Assembly (NCBI RefSeq): GCF_001194135.2
Contig: NC_068986.1
Span: 5,302,460 to 5,366,459, forward strand
DNA from: Octopus bimaculoides
Lineage: Eukaryota
Direction of reading: 5' to 3'
DNA: 64,000 nucleotides
The position numbers and the translations under genes were made by a program. The notes beneath the pieces were generated by a model. It searched no databases. It was not told where the DNA came from and worked only from the letters and a program-made list of their open reading frames with translations. Numbering within the stretch: position 1 is the stretch's first letter; each line of letters opens with the position of its first letter. Shown here piece by piece: positions 37,261-50,020 of this stretch.

Positions 37261-38228
37261 GCCATGCGTACTGCTGTCACTGTGACCAGCATTTGTGAGG
37301 TTACCTCATAAATTGCTAGACAGAAAAGAATAAGAAAGAGGAAAACTCTCGTGATTAAATGTGTGTGTATAGGGGGGGATATTAGAGAGGAGGAGGTGAC
37401 ACCTGCACATAAATTTTTATTATAGTTGCTGTGTTATTTTATTCTTTTAAATTTATTCAAGACGAAGTTAAGTATCTAGCTTAAAGAGAGCAGTCATTTC
37501 AATTTGTTTACCCCTAGTTTAATAGAGGCACAAACACAGATATCATCATCATCATTATCGTTTAATGTCCGCCTTCCATACAGGCATGAGTTAGACAATT
37601 TGACAGGAGCGGGCCAGGTAGAAGACTTCCCTTGGCCACTGAGTTTCTTTTGGCAGGGTTATTCAGCTAGATGCCCTTTCTAACACCAACCACTCTGCAG
37701 AGTTAACTGAGTGCTTTGTATGTGGCACCAGCACAAGCAAGGTTAGTTTTGGCATGATTTTTACAGCTGGATGCCCTTTCAAATGCCAACCACTTTACAG
37801 TGTGGGCATAAACAAACATGTAGTAATAAAGGGATTTTTTGAATTTGACGGCCAGATTTTTTAATTAATTTTTCTTAACTAAATACTTTGAAACTTCAGA
37901 TACTGGTAGAATATTCACATAGAACAGAGTTTACTCTTAACGTTTTTGACAGAATTTTGTATTTTAGAAGGGAACTAGACATCCTCCTCTTAACAATACC
38001 AGATGAACCAACAGCCTGACATGAGGTGCTGATGAGGGCAGTGGTATCAAAATCCCTTATACACCAAAAGGCACATACAGGAGGGGTGATGTGAAATGCC
38101 CCAGGCTGAGAAAATCAGAAAGACCATGGTGGTGCTCCAGCATGACTGCAGCTGCATGGATGACACAAGTAAAAGAATAAAAGAATAATACACACACACA
38201 TACATATCTTTTTATACATGTACACACA

Positions 38229-38248
38229 CGCAGACAAACACAGACACA

Positions 38249-38330
<82 letters not shown>
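38229..38330. repeat. (CA)n microsatellite
   Basis: Long near-perfect CA run. Confidence 0.95.
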
Positions 38331-38333
<3 letters not shown>

Positions 38334-38339
38334 GCATCT

Positions 38340-38570
38340 TCCATATACAAAAGCTAGTTTCCCTCTTTACCTCCCTCTGATGTTGCTGCACCTTTTGTGT
38401 GTCCAAAGCTTACACTGGGTGCTTCTTATAGAGTTTCTACCTACACCTTTTCTACAGATTGAGCAGGGCCATATACCTGAAAGGATTTGTGAATTGTCTG
38501 CCTTCCTACTTACTAAGACTTTGTTTCTAGAAATAAATTTTTCAAAAATGATTGTTTCCATGTAACTTTT
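38340..38570 (-). mobile_element. RTE LINE fragment containing a PHD-like finger
   Basis: ORF 38367-38561 reads WPCSICRKGVGRNSIRSTQCKLWTHKRCSNIRGR; same family as 32555-32870. Confidence 0.8.
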
Positions 38571-41500
38571 GAGATGGATGTAAGCTGCATAGCTGCGCCA
38601 AACGCCTTACAGTGTGTAGTGACTACGTTTTTTCAATGTCACCAGCATTTGTGAGGTTACCTCATAAATTGCTAGACAGAAAAGAATAAGAAAGAGGAAA
38701 ACTCTCGTGATTAAATGTGTGTGTGTGGGGAGGGGATATTTGAGAGAGGGCAGTGACACGTACACATAAATTTTTATTATAGTTGCTGTGTTATTTTATT
38801 CTTTTAAATTTATTCAAAACGAAGTTAAGTATCTAGCTTAAAGAGAGCAGTCATTTCAGTTTGTTTACCCCTAGTTTAATAGAGGCACAAACACAGATAT
38901 CATCATCATTATCGTTTAATGTCTGTCTTCCATACAGGCATGGGTTGGACAATTTGACAGGAGCGAACCAGGTAGAAGACTTCCCTAGGCCACTGAGTTT
39001 CTTTTGGCAGGGTTATTCAGCTAGATGCCCTTTCTAACACCAACCACTCTGCAGAGTTAACTGAGTGCTTTGTATGTGGCACCAGCACAAGCAAGGTTAG
39101 TTTTGGCATGATTTTTACAGCTGGATGCCCTTTCAAATGCCAACCACTTTACAGTGTGGGCACAAACACACATGTAGTAACAAAGTTCATTTTATGATCA
39201 TGAGATTTTAGGTTCCGTCTCGCCATGTGAAAACTTGAACAAGTGTCTTACACAATATCTTCAGGCTGACCAATGCATTCTATGTAAATTTAACACATGG
39301 TAAATGTATAGAAGCCCATTGTGTGTGTGTCATTGTTATCATCATCATTTAATGTTTGTTCCCTATACTGGCATCGGCTGAATGGTTTGACAAGAGCTAA
39401 AGAGAGCCAGAGAGCTATGCCAAGTTTTGTTGTCTGTTTTGGTATGGTTTCTACAGTTGGAAGTCCTTCCTAGTGTCAACCACTTTACTGTGCTTTTTTC
39501 ATGGCCCCAGTGAAGTCACCAAATAAGTTGCAAGACAAGACAAACTCTCCCTGACTGGGGGTGGAGTATAGTATTGAGGGAGGTGGCTTTGTGCCTGTTG
39601 ATGAGAGGTTAGAAAATAATAGAGGGGAAAAAGATAGCTGTTGTGCTGTGTAAGAGATGCAAAGATATCTCAAGAGTTGGAGGAGAGTGGGAGTGATGGC
39701 AGTGGATATATGTCAAGACATACCTTCAAGGCACAGTGGGGAAGAATATAGATGAAGTGATGTAGAAGATTGTACTGGGCAGGTAAGTGATAAAGGGGAA
39801 CATTTCATTAGAATGTGTGGGGAGATGGTTAGATGGCTGTAGTAACCGAAGGTGAGAGATGTAGGAGTGGCTCAGGAGAAGGGGATTATATTAGATATGT
39901 ATAGGCATTAGGAAAGCTAGAGGATTTAAGAGATGTAAGGATGAAGTATGGCTGAGCAGAGAGGGCATGGCTGGAGATATGTATATAGTAAAATAATAAA
40001 AAGAAAGTTCATGGTACACTATTATATATATTTGAAAAAATGAGTAGAGATGGCTTGGGGGGGGGATAATTTTTATTGTAATCTTAATTATAATGTTTAC
40101 AGTGAGTTACTCCGATACGAGTTTCGAGCTTCAAGTAGCCGTTTTCAAACTGTAAAATGTATTGCTTTTACTGGTTGCTTAAATAGCAAAAGATGATACA
40201 GTTCTATATTTAAGAGATGAGGAATTATGTATATTATTTACATTTGACGGATATTTGTCCTCATCTTGTTTGTTGTTACCATTTGTTTCACTTGAAAATT
40301 TTAAAGCTCTACATAAATGGCAATTTGTGTTCAGCACACCAGTTTGGACAGAGTTATCATTTTTATAAGAATGGGATGGATCATGTCTGAAAACAGCTTC
40401 AGGAGTTGTGAAGAATGAATTTGTACGTAGTCTGTTTCTGAGAGCTGTTCTACTAGACCTCTGCCTAATCATTAAAACATTGATTTAATGATCCAGCATT
40501 AAGTACTGCAACATGCATTTGCTGATCTTAAGAAAATCTCATCTCTCTTCAGACTCCTGCCTTCGGTTTTCTACAATCTTCCTTGCTTTATACTTGTTTC
40601 TGGAGAGATTACGTCTTTTCTGTGTTTCTTCTGCTCATTCCGTAAAAAATTATTTGAAGGGAGCAGAAATTGAAAGAAGAGAAAGTGAGAAGAACAGAGA
40701 AAGAAAGTGAAAGATGTATGTGTTTTTATATGAAATGGACGTGTGTGTGTGTGTGTGTGCGTGCATATGTGTGAGAGAGAGAAAGATAGTGAAAAAGAGA
40801 GATAGAGTGAGTGAGTGAAGGTGTGTGCTGTGATGATTGATGTCTTTTAAGGTACACACACATATAGAAAATGTGACGTCATCGTATAACATGTTTACGA
40901 TAGTTGATTTATGGAAAAGATTACAATGCTAAATTTTTGAAATGTAAATATGTGAATGGAAATTAAGTTTAATTTGTAGCTGAAATAGTACTGAATCTTT
41001 TGATACCCCATACGTCAAAACCTGTAACTCGGTTTTGGAATGCATAAGGAATTTCCTGTCTTGTTTTTTGTCCGCCACTACATTCCTCTATGGCAAGGTT
41101 TAATTTGTGTATACAAATTTAATTTGCGGTCCATGGGAAGAGCCATTTTAACGATGCGTCCTGCCCAGCTCTTCGAAACGCCGGTGTTAAAACGGGGGTA
41201 GCTGATGAAGAAGAATGTTCTCTATGTGGCTTGTGTGTTTTCTCGTCTACGTTTTGTTTGCAATGTCCTGTACCCAGATATGCACCTATACATACAGGTG
41301 GATGTCGGTATNNNNNNNNNNNNNNNNNNNNNNNNNNNNNNNNNNNNNNNNNNNNNNNNNNNNNNNNNNNNNNNNNNNNNNNNNNNNNNNNNNNNNNNNN
41401 NNNNNNNNTAGGACAGACTTCTTTCAAACTGAAAGTATTATCTCACATTACAATAGAGACGTAATTCTGAAATAGTATAAGATATAAGAGATTGCTCTAG

Positions 41501-43738
41501 GCTCGCATTAGGCAAGTTGGACATTTTTTTAGCCTATGACACTGTATAGATCTTGGCTTTTGTATTTGACGACTGTTGCTTTAAGTATTTTATTTTAATT
41601 TTATATATGTATGTATGAGCCAATGAGAGAGACCTCTACGGGGTAGCTAGACCTGGTAGAAATAGCAGCCAAATCTCCCTCAAAACACTCTACTGTCTTA
41701 ATCCGACAATTCTGCCTATTATGTAGTTTGAATGAGAAGCTGTAACTAAAGATTAAGATTATTAACCCCAAAATTTTGTGCGTTTTAATAGCAATCAATT
41801 TTTTTCTCTTTTTTTGCCTAGCTTTTCATGTCAGCTGTAAAGGTGAAGAGGGTTAACTTGGACGGTGTTAAGTAGTGGAGATATTTGGTGATTCTATGGA
41901 GTAGTTACTTTTGACTCTTTCTTCTCAATTAGGATAACTGATTGATAACAAATCTTAACACAATATATATACAACTTCAAGTGGAATTGGATGTCATAAG
42001 AGAGACAGCATAGCGACGGTATTGGCTGACTGTCATCCTGTACTCCCCTTGTTGCTAGCGAAATGGTATGTGCCGGCTGTCTGAGCAACTGGTTGATTTT
42101 AATGGCAGAACAAACNNNNNNNNNNGTCTGAGCAACTGGTTGATTTTAATGGCAGAACAAACAGGACAAAAAGATTACAAAAATAGCGATTCTCACCTTG
42201 AAACTAACTATTTTGAAATTTTTTTAAAGATTACGGAATGCCCTGCTCTGTCATGTATCCATGTTTAAAATTTCAGCACAATCGGCTGAACAATACTCGA
42301 GTTATAAGCACACAGCTATCTTTTTTCCTTGTATTATTTTTAACTTCTCATCAACTATATATATATACATGTTGGTACCATATTAAAAGTACTGGTGTTG
42401 GTGCCACATAAAAAACACCCAGTACACTCTGTAAAGTGGTTGGCATTAGGAAGGGTATCCAGTCATAGAAACCTTGCAAAAGCAGACAATGGAGCCTAGT
42501 GCGGTACCTGGCTTTACCAGCTCTGGTCAAACCATCCAACTCATGCCAGCATGGAAAACAGACAATAAATGATGATGATTTTGTGTGAATGTATCTGCAT
42601 CTGTGTGTGTGTGTGTGTGCATGCACACACACGTTTTGATGTCATGTGATGATTGCAAATGAATATCATCATCATATGAGTGATGTTGTTCATTTCCAGT
42701 CTTCCATGAAAAACATGTCTGGCCATGGAAAATTTTCTTCAACAAATTCCGTCTGATCCATGCAAGCATGAAAAATTGGACATTAAAAATGATGATGAGC
42801 TATGTCAGTTACATGTCGTGTCTATTACTGTTCTTCAAGTTTAATGTTCCATCTGTAAGAGATATTTTTTAAAGTTTGTAAGTCTTATTTTCCCAAGGCT
42901 TTCATCAACAAATATTACATTAGCCTTCAACTAATGAATATATCAAGCAGTTTCATAATGATAAAGTATGAATGTCAATTAAAGGGAAAAAAAAGAGTCT
43001 GTTACTCTAGATCACTTAACTTGAAGTTAATCCTTGGATTTCAAATATTAAATTACTCTGTGGCATTTTATACTGGTGGTGGATGACATAGCACACACTG
43101 AGGACAGCAAGGTTAGTGGTTACTGTAATGGTGATAATGATGATTTGGTGGTGGTGGTGGTGGTGGTGGTGGTGGTAGTGGTAGCAGAGGAGGAGGTGGG
43201 GGTGATGACAGCAATGTCTATAAAATTCCTTTTGTAATTCTATTTTTGCATTTGAAATATTTAAGGTCACTTGTTACAAATAGTTGAACTGATTTCTGTT
43301 GGTAAGACTAAGAAGCAGTCTTATTCCACAAACATGATTTCTTAGTGCAGTTTTCTGAATATGTTCTTCAGAGGGGGAACTTTCTTGGTGCAATCTCATG
43401 GTCATTAATAACTAAAGGAGGCCTCTATGTCTCACTTATGAAAGAAGAAGGGCACTGCTACTGAGTTAGGTTATTGTATTAAATCAGGCGATGTCTTAAG
43501 TCTATCAACCAAATAGGCCATGACCAGATTTGAACTCAAAATACAAAAATTGAAACAGATAAAGCAAGGTAGTCCACCTGCCAAAACTGGTTCTTTATGT
43601 ACTGCGGAAGGATGAAATGTAAAGACAAACTCAGCCAGATTTGAAAACAAAGCACTGTGTGACTGCAGATGTATCGAAATATATATACAATTACACAATA
43701 GGTTTATATAGATGCATATATAGCCATGTGGTTAAGTA

Positions 43739-44785
43739 TTTGGTTGTCCGGAAAGTTCGTGCCGATTTTTAAAGGAAAGAAAAAGGTCAATAAATACTTG
43801 CCATTACAATTTTAATCAACCAAATATGAATCATTTTGTTGCACAATGCGTCTCCATCTTTCCTTTAACTTGAAAATACCCTCTTCCAAGAATTGGGGTG
43901 GTTTCATGGCAAAGTATTCATCAAGGTATCTTTTTACGTCATCCAAGGAATTGAAATTTTTACCATTAAGACTATTCTGCAGAGACCTGAATAAGTGGAA
44001 ATCCAAAAGAGCAATATCTGGTGAATATGGAGGGTGGGGTAACACATCCCAGCCAAGNNNNNNNNNNGACTTTTTTAGGGTGAAGACCCGCTTTTGGGGT
44101 GGCTCATGTCGCTTACTCCATGATTGCTTTCTCTGAACATTTCAGTAGATAATCCATTTCTCATCAACTGTCACAATTACCTTTAAAAAAGGCGCGTTTT
44201 CATTCCGTTTATAAAGCGAATCACAGATAGAAATACGATCCAAAAGGTTCTTCTCACTCAACTCATGTGGTACCCAAACATCGTAGCAATTTATGTACCC
44301 AAGCTTTACCAGGTGCTCATGAACAATGGATTTTGATAGGTTGAGGCTTTCTGCCAATTCTCAGGTTGTGCAATGTGGGTTATTCTCAGACTTGATTTGG
44401 TCATCATCTGTAGTGGATGGTCTTTATCAAATAAGGCTACAAACTCCAGCTCGGAACCTTGCGAACCACTTCCGTACAGTTTTTTTGGATAAAGAAACAT
44501 CACCGTGAACTGCACATATTTCTTTGGTTGCTTGTGAGGCATTTTTCCCTTTACAGAAAAAGAAAAGCATCAAGTGCCAAAGATGAACTTTCTTATCTTC
44601 CATTTTAAAGGGTTACAGAATTAACACAGGTTATAGGAACATAAACCTTCTTCCACGAAAAGATAGCTTAAACTGTGCTTTAAATGGAGGCGTAGTCAAA
44701 TCCTATTTTATGGACTCAACCATGTTCTAAAATAAGTTGAAAGGTAAGTTACTATAAATCGGCACGAACTTTCCGGACAACCCAA
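43739..44785 (-). mobile_element. Mariner (Tc1/mariner, DD34D-type) with both TIRs, defective transposase
   Basis: ~30-bp TIRs tt(t/g)ggttgtccggaaagttcgtgccgattt with one mismatch, and TA TSDs at 43737-43738 and 44786-44787. Peptide remnants WVPHELSEKN, IVTVDEKWIIY and LPHPPYSPDIALLDFHLFRSLQN occur in broken frames. Confidence 0.93.
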
Positions 44786-45549
44786 TAGATTGTTTTGCAA
44801 CTATGTAAATTTGGGTTCCGTTCCACTGCATGACACCTTGGACAAATGTCTTCTACTATTACCCAACCTTCAGAGTGAGTTTAGTGGAAGAAAACTGAGT
44901 GGAACCTGTTACGTATATGTATTTATGTATGGTTTTGTGTTTGTCCTGCCATCGCTTGATAACCAGTGTTGGTGTTCAAGGCATTCAGCAGTTCATTAAA
45001 CATTTCTGAAAGAAAATGTACAATATTTAAAAATCAAATACAAGAGACGATTTGTTTGACCAAAAACTTCATTGCCCTGCTTCAAGATGGCTGCAGTTAA
45101 ATGACCAAACCAAGTTAAAAATAAAACAATATGTTATACATGTGTGTGCGTGCACGCACACATACATGTATGCTTGTATGTATGTAGTCATTCATTTTTG
45201 ATTATTCAAATTCTTCCTGTAAGGAAGAAGCTGATCTCTAATGAAGATACAATGCTCTATCATTTGAACGTAAATAGCAAAAAGAATATAGCATGTTGAA
45301 CTTGAGAAGAGTCTTGGATGTTTTTACTGTTCTGCTTTCAGATTATGTATGTGTGTGTGTGTGTATCTATATTCCGAGCTGGTTGTAAACAAAGCTCTGA
45401 TATTCTCACACATCTTCCAGTGAACAAACTTACCTAAGCTATCATGCGTCCTTTTGTATTCCTTTTGGGCCCTGTTTGCTATACTCACTCACAATATGTA
45501 AAATTGTTTTGATTTTGCTGCCACAGAGCCTACAAAGGTGTGATTCACT

Positions 45550-46188
45550 ACTCTTATCTAGTTGGAACTTGGCATAATTAACTCTCAGAGCTTGTTCTTT
45601 GTGTTACATGTTAATACCTCAGTGCATCCTTTCATGTCACTTTCATTTCCCTTGCGTAATTTTCATTTTCCAGTTGTTTAAACTTTATTTTCCATCTTGT
45701 TTCTGGAATGTTTTTAGGTGTGTCACATATTCTCTAGATACTATGTTGCTATTCCTAACAGCAACAAACAAAGGTCCAATCTGCTGTTTGATTTACCATT
45801 TCAAACTGTTTTCCTCTTTGACAACACAGATCTTATATCCTATGACGCCTCTTCCTCTCTTGTATCTTTGTACATACAGTCTATCAATATTGCTTTTAGG
45901 GCTCAGTTCCTTGTTTGTCATCACTTTCCTGGTTTTTCTATCCATTTTCTCAAGCTTGTTCTTTGTCCACCTAACAACACTTGCACTGCATTAAGGAAAC
46001 AGCCCATGTATTCATTACCCTAATCTTGATTTTTCCCTTGAGTTTACTCTCCATAATTAATTTGGTTCTTCTGAGGCATTCTCATCTAAAATTTTCTTCA
46101 TCTCACTCTCCTTGATTTTGTCATGCTCCAAAATACCCAGATACCTCCTGTATCCATCCACCTCAACATTGTTGATTCTTTCACCATC

Positions 46189-46189
<1 letters not shown>
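45550..46189 (-). mobile_element. R4/Dong-like LINE fragment B
   Basis: Remnants YLGILEHDKIKESEMKK and MDRKTRKVMT...KSNIDRLYVQRYKRGRG, from the region after the RT. Confidence 0.7.

Positions 46190-46233
<44 letters not shown>
46190..46233. repeat. (TAT/AAT)n microsatellite, tail of R4-like copy A
   Basis: Perfect trinucleotide run at the 3' end of the minus-strand LINE. Confidence 0.9.
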
Positions 46234-47580
46234 GAGTGAGAGAGAGCAGTGCATGGGATAAAATATATGAAGCCCAGTATACCCGTCCTCTGGATGGTGC
46301 CTGTACCACTTATAATGGGATTTAATTTTTTAATATTTACAAGCATTCCAGTGGATGTACTACCCTAGTCTCACATGTCTTATGAGGTACTCCTTTTCAG
46401 CAAGGACTGGGTAGCCAGAAACAACATGATCAATTGCCTCTATGAATTTTCTGCAAATTCTGCATGAGGGGTCAAATCCATCTTTAAGGACGTTTGCATG
46501 GTAGTTTCTGGTAGGCAAGCTCTGATCTTGCGCTGCAGTAACAAAACCTTTTGTTTCCCCTTCAGACCTGTCCCTCGTAGCCATTGGTGTGTTAGGTTTT
46601 GATCAATATCTGGCTTGGACAGGCAGTTAGGGTATTTTCCATGCAAGAGTTTACCTTTCTAGTTGTCTTCCATATTATTCATGCAAGCCTTCTTTGCTTT
46701 TTGTTTGATGTTTTTTGCATCAATGATAGGTTTGTCACTATTTAGATCTCGTTGGTCTTTCTGATTGTTAATTTCTAAATCAAGAGAAACGATGGTAGGT
46801 CTGTCAGTATTTAGGTGTCTTTGGTCATTCTTATTGTTAACTTGTAGGCCAAGAGACTTTTTAAATTTCTTACTAAGCTTCATGACTGAAGCTTGCTTGG
46901 AATCTTCATGCTTCAGTGCAGTTTGTAAGAGCACATCACTTAAGGTACTTTTCAGAGCCTATCATTGCTGATTTGAAGGATTGTTCAGGCTGTATCAGGC
47001 CTCTTCCACCTATTTTTCTTGGGAGATAAATCCTATCAACATCTGATTTTCGATGGTGCATTCAGTACCTTGTAATGATTTTACATATCTTTCCATCCAT
47101 ATTCTGCATGTCAGCGAGACTCCATTTAATGATTCCAAAGCTATATGTGGTTACTGGTATGGCCAAAGAATTGATCGCATTAATTCTGTTAGTAGCATTT
47201 AATTCTGAGTTTAGGACCATTCTTACTCTTCAGTAGCATTCCTTGAAGATTTTCTCTTTCATTTTAAAGTGCTGGATACCATCACCTTCATTGGTTCCCA
47301 TATATTTGTATACTTCAGACTGGTCTAGGTTTCGAATAGCTGTGATAGTATTAAGTTCTGTTTTCTGCCTTTATGAACTTCCTTGCCTTGAAAGTAACCT
47401 TTGCACATTTATCAAGTCTGAATTCCATACCTATATCAGAGCTGAATTCTTTGACAATATTCAGGAGCTCTTCTAATTCCTTGTCATTTTTGGCAAATAG
47501 TTTTAGATCATCCATATAAGAGTAGATGATTAATTTTCTGGTCAAAGATCTTATACCCTCTCTTAGCATTATTCAGTTGC
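46234..47580 (-). mobile_element. R4/Dong-like LINE fragment A (RT end to zinc knuckle)
   Basis: YMDDLKLFAKN...IGMEFRLDKCAK; MHGKY...WL...ETKGFVTAAQDQSLPTRNY...CRICRKFIEAIDHVVSG..VLA.KEYLIRH. These are typical of restriction-like-endonuclease LINEs. Confidence 0.8.
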
Positions 47581-47786
47581 GTGGATAATAAGAACAGAGC
47601 AAGGCAGAATAGTAAATACCAAATCTACTCACAAGGCTTTGGTTGGCCTGAGGTTATAGTAGAAGACACTTGCCTAAGGTGCCATGCAGTAAGATTGAAC
47701 CCAGAACCATGTGGCTGGTAAGCAAGATTCTTACCACTCAGTCACATCTGTTATTAACTGCATATTTTTTCTACTTCTTTTTATAG

Positions 47787-47898
47787 GATAACTAATTTAC
47801 TCAACGGTAATTATTTCAACAAATCTCAGGAAGCCAGCATAACCAGGCACATGACCAAAGCATTAGAGATGGCAAAAGTTGGGAAAAGTAATAATGAG
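47787..47898 (+). CDS. ADAT3: ADAT3 coding exon 5
   Basis: Acceptor ctttttatag|G completes Arg. Reads ITNLLNGNYFNKSQEASITRHMTKALEMAKVGKSNNE (F......HM..A motif). Phase-0 donor GAG|GTAGTC. Too short to appear in the supplied ORF track. Confidence 0.9.
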
Positions 47899-48729
47899 GT
47901 AGTCAACACTTATACTATTTCTTTATTTCAAGTTAAAAATTTTTTTCTCATTTCTTATTTCCTTGAACTCTTATGAAAATTTTTCCTGTTTGGCATCTCG
48001 TGTATTTAGTAGAAGCTACTGACTAATAAACAAAGCCAAGCCAACCAATGTTTACTGTGAGTTGACATTTTGAAAAAAAAGATTTAATACACATACACAC
48101 ACACACATACATATGTGTGTGTGTGTGTGTGTGTGTATACTTGTTCACTGGAAGGGAGGCTGTGTCTACTAATTTGATCACAGGATTAGGCAATGGATGT
48201 TGCTGACTATTTCTAAGGAGCCTTCTGAATATATTTTATAGATGCTTTTAGTGCTAACTATTTCTGTGCATCTGCTACATATGAAATCTATGTCTATTCT
48301 GTCAGTCAGCCTGTGATCTACCTGCATTTCTTGTGCAGCCACAGTTCATATTTCTTTCACATTACAGAGTATCTATTTAGCCATTTTCTTCATATTGAAC
48401 ATGGCCATCTCTCTGGATACAGTAGAGTTCTGTTTTCTTTCCTGATAATTAGAAACAGTGTAATATAATTCCTAATTCTGAATCTTATTCATATTGATAA
48501 TTGTTTAATAAGGGACATCTGCATATAAATGTAGCTTTGGCAAGGTATGTAATTCATGCATGCACCATATTTCCATCAGTTGAATGAATACCAGCAAAGT
48601 GTTGAGACAGTTAAGTTGAACACTAAATTTCAACTCTGAAAATATGTAACTTTTTTAATTTCCATCTCAGTGGTTTACTATTCCTTGAAATCTCCAGTTA
48701 CCCACTCACCCTTTTATCCAATCCACAAC

Positions 48730-50020
48730 TTTAGAGCTGCCACAACCTATGCAAGCACTATGAGAGGTTCAGAGAGATTGTTGAAATGCTAGAGTAAAGG
48801 CATGTATGTTGTGTGCAGAAGGTAAGATGGAGGGGAACCTGAATCAAACTTCTCACAGGCAAGGATCAAATGTGTAATTCTCCTAGATAGACTGTGAGGA
48901 GTATATGAGTGTTGTAGACATTTTATTAACAGAGAAACGAGTAGATAAAGTGATCAATTTTAGTCAGAATGGTAGGATAATTAAGCTTTGACCAGTCTTG
49001 CATAATACTACAGTGACATTTGCCTCTGCATTCATTCCACAGTCTTAACTAGTAGATAAGGACAGCTTCTATGAGCCCATCTTTCAGACTACCTCAGTGA
49101 CAAATGACTGTGACCTTATCATTGTGGCTGATGACTTCAACAGACATGTTGGGCAGTGCTCTGATGGATTCTAAGATGTGCATGGAAGCTACAAACTGTG
49201 GTTCAAGGGACTAAGAAAGAACTATGCTTCTGGAGTGCTGTAAGGCAAATGACTTAATGATCTGCAACATTAGGAAATCAGCCAACCATCTGATCGTTTA
49301 TCAATATGTAGAACAGATGAAACTTCATTCTCCCCAGGAAATGGGATAGACAAATGATTGGGAATGTGAAGTGTTTTCTTAGTGGAGAATGTATAACCCG
49401 ACATAGGTTATTGGTTAATGACAATAGATTTAGAGCTAGATGAACTGATCTGGAAAAGGAAAATATGGAAACTGAAAAATTTATTGAACAGTCAGAAATT
49501 TAAAGAAGGACTAGTTGAAGCACTTGATGAAAGTGGTGAGGAAATAGAAATGTTTATCATAGAGGACAACTGGAAGTTTGTAAAGGAAATTTGCCCAGTG
49601 TTACAGACTAAATCTGTGACTAGTGCACAGTTTCAGCCAGAGCAAGAGTGACATAGTGGTGGAACAATGAGGTAGACAAAGCCATAAAAGTGAAGCAACA
49701 GGCTTGGAAAAATTGGAAGAATGGGAGTAGCAGAAAATTATAGTAGAATGGAAAATTGGGTGACAGGTTTATTTTGCAAGGGAAGAAGTAAGCATAAGAG
49801 GTTTACCAGTGTTCAGCAGTTTAAGGATTAGAGATATGAGTGTTCTGCATTGGAAGGCAATGTACTAGAAATAATTGAAACATGGGTAAGAAGTGTGTAA
49901 CGGATGGATAATGGTACACTTGCATTTAATGATTCTGTAAAGGAAGAGGTATGCTACTATGAAAGGCTATTAAATGTAGAGAATGTATGAAAGAAAGAGG
50001 GTCTTCCCAGTGCGGACCCA
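48730..50020 (+). mobile_element. RTE LINE fragment (APE endonuclease to pre-RT region)
   Basis: Remnants TMRG...IVEML...VQ.VRWRG, DFNRHVGQ, WWNNEVDKAIKVKQQAWKNWK and YYERLLNVEN, with many stops. An RTE tail follows at ~50395-50560. Confidence 0.75.

Larger units (their letters stand above)
37285..39180 (+). repeat. Local duplication: 37285-37826 and 38641-39180 (~540 bp each)
   Basis: Both copies run accagcatttgtgaggttacctcataaattgctagacag...acatgtagtaa, with scattered differences, offset 1356 bp. Confidence 0.9.

Noticed and set aside
40280-40540. Coding-looking segment (…WQFVFSTPVWTELSFL*EWDGSCLKTASGVVKNEF…)
   Set aside because: It has in-frame stops, no splice-phase fit to ADAT3, and no family I can recognise. 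A TBLASTX search would be needed.
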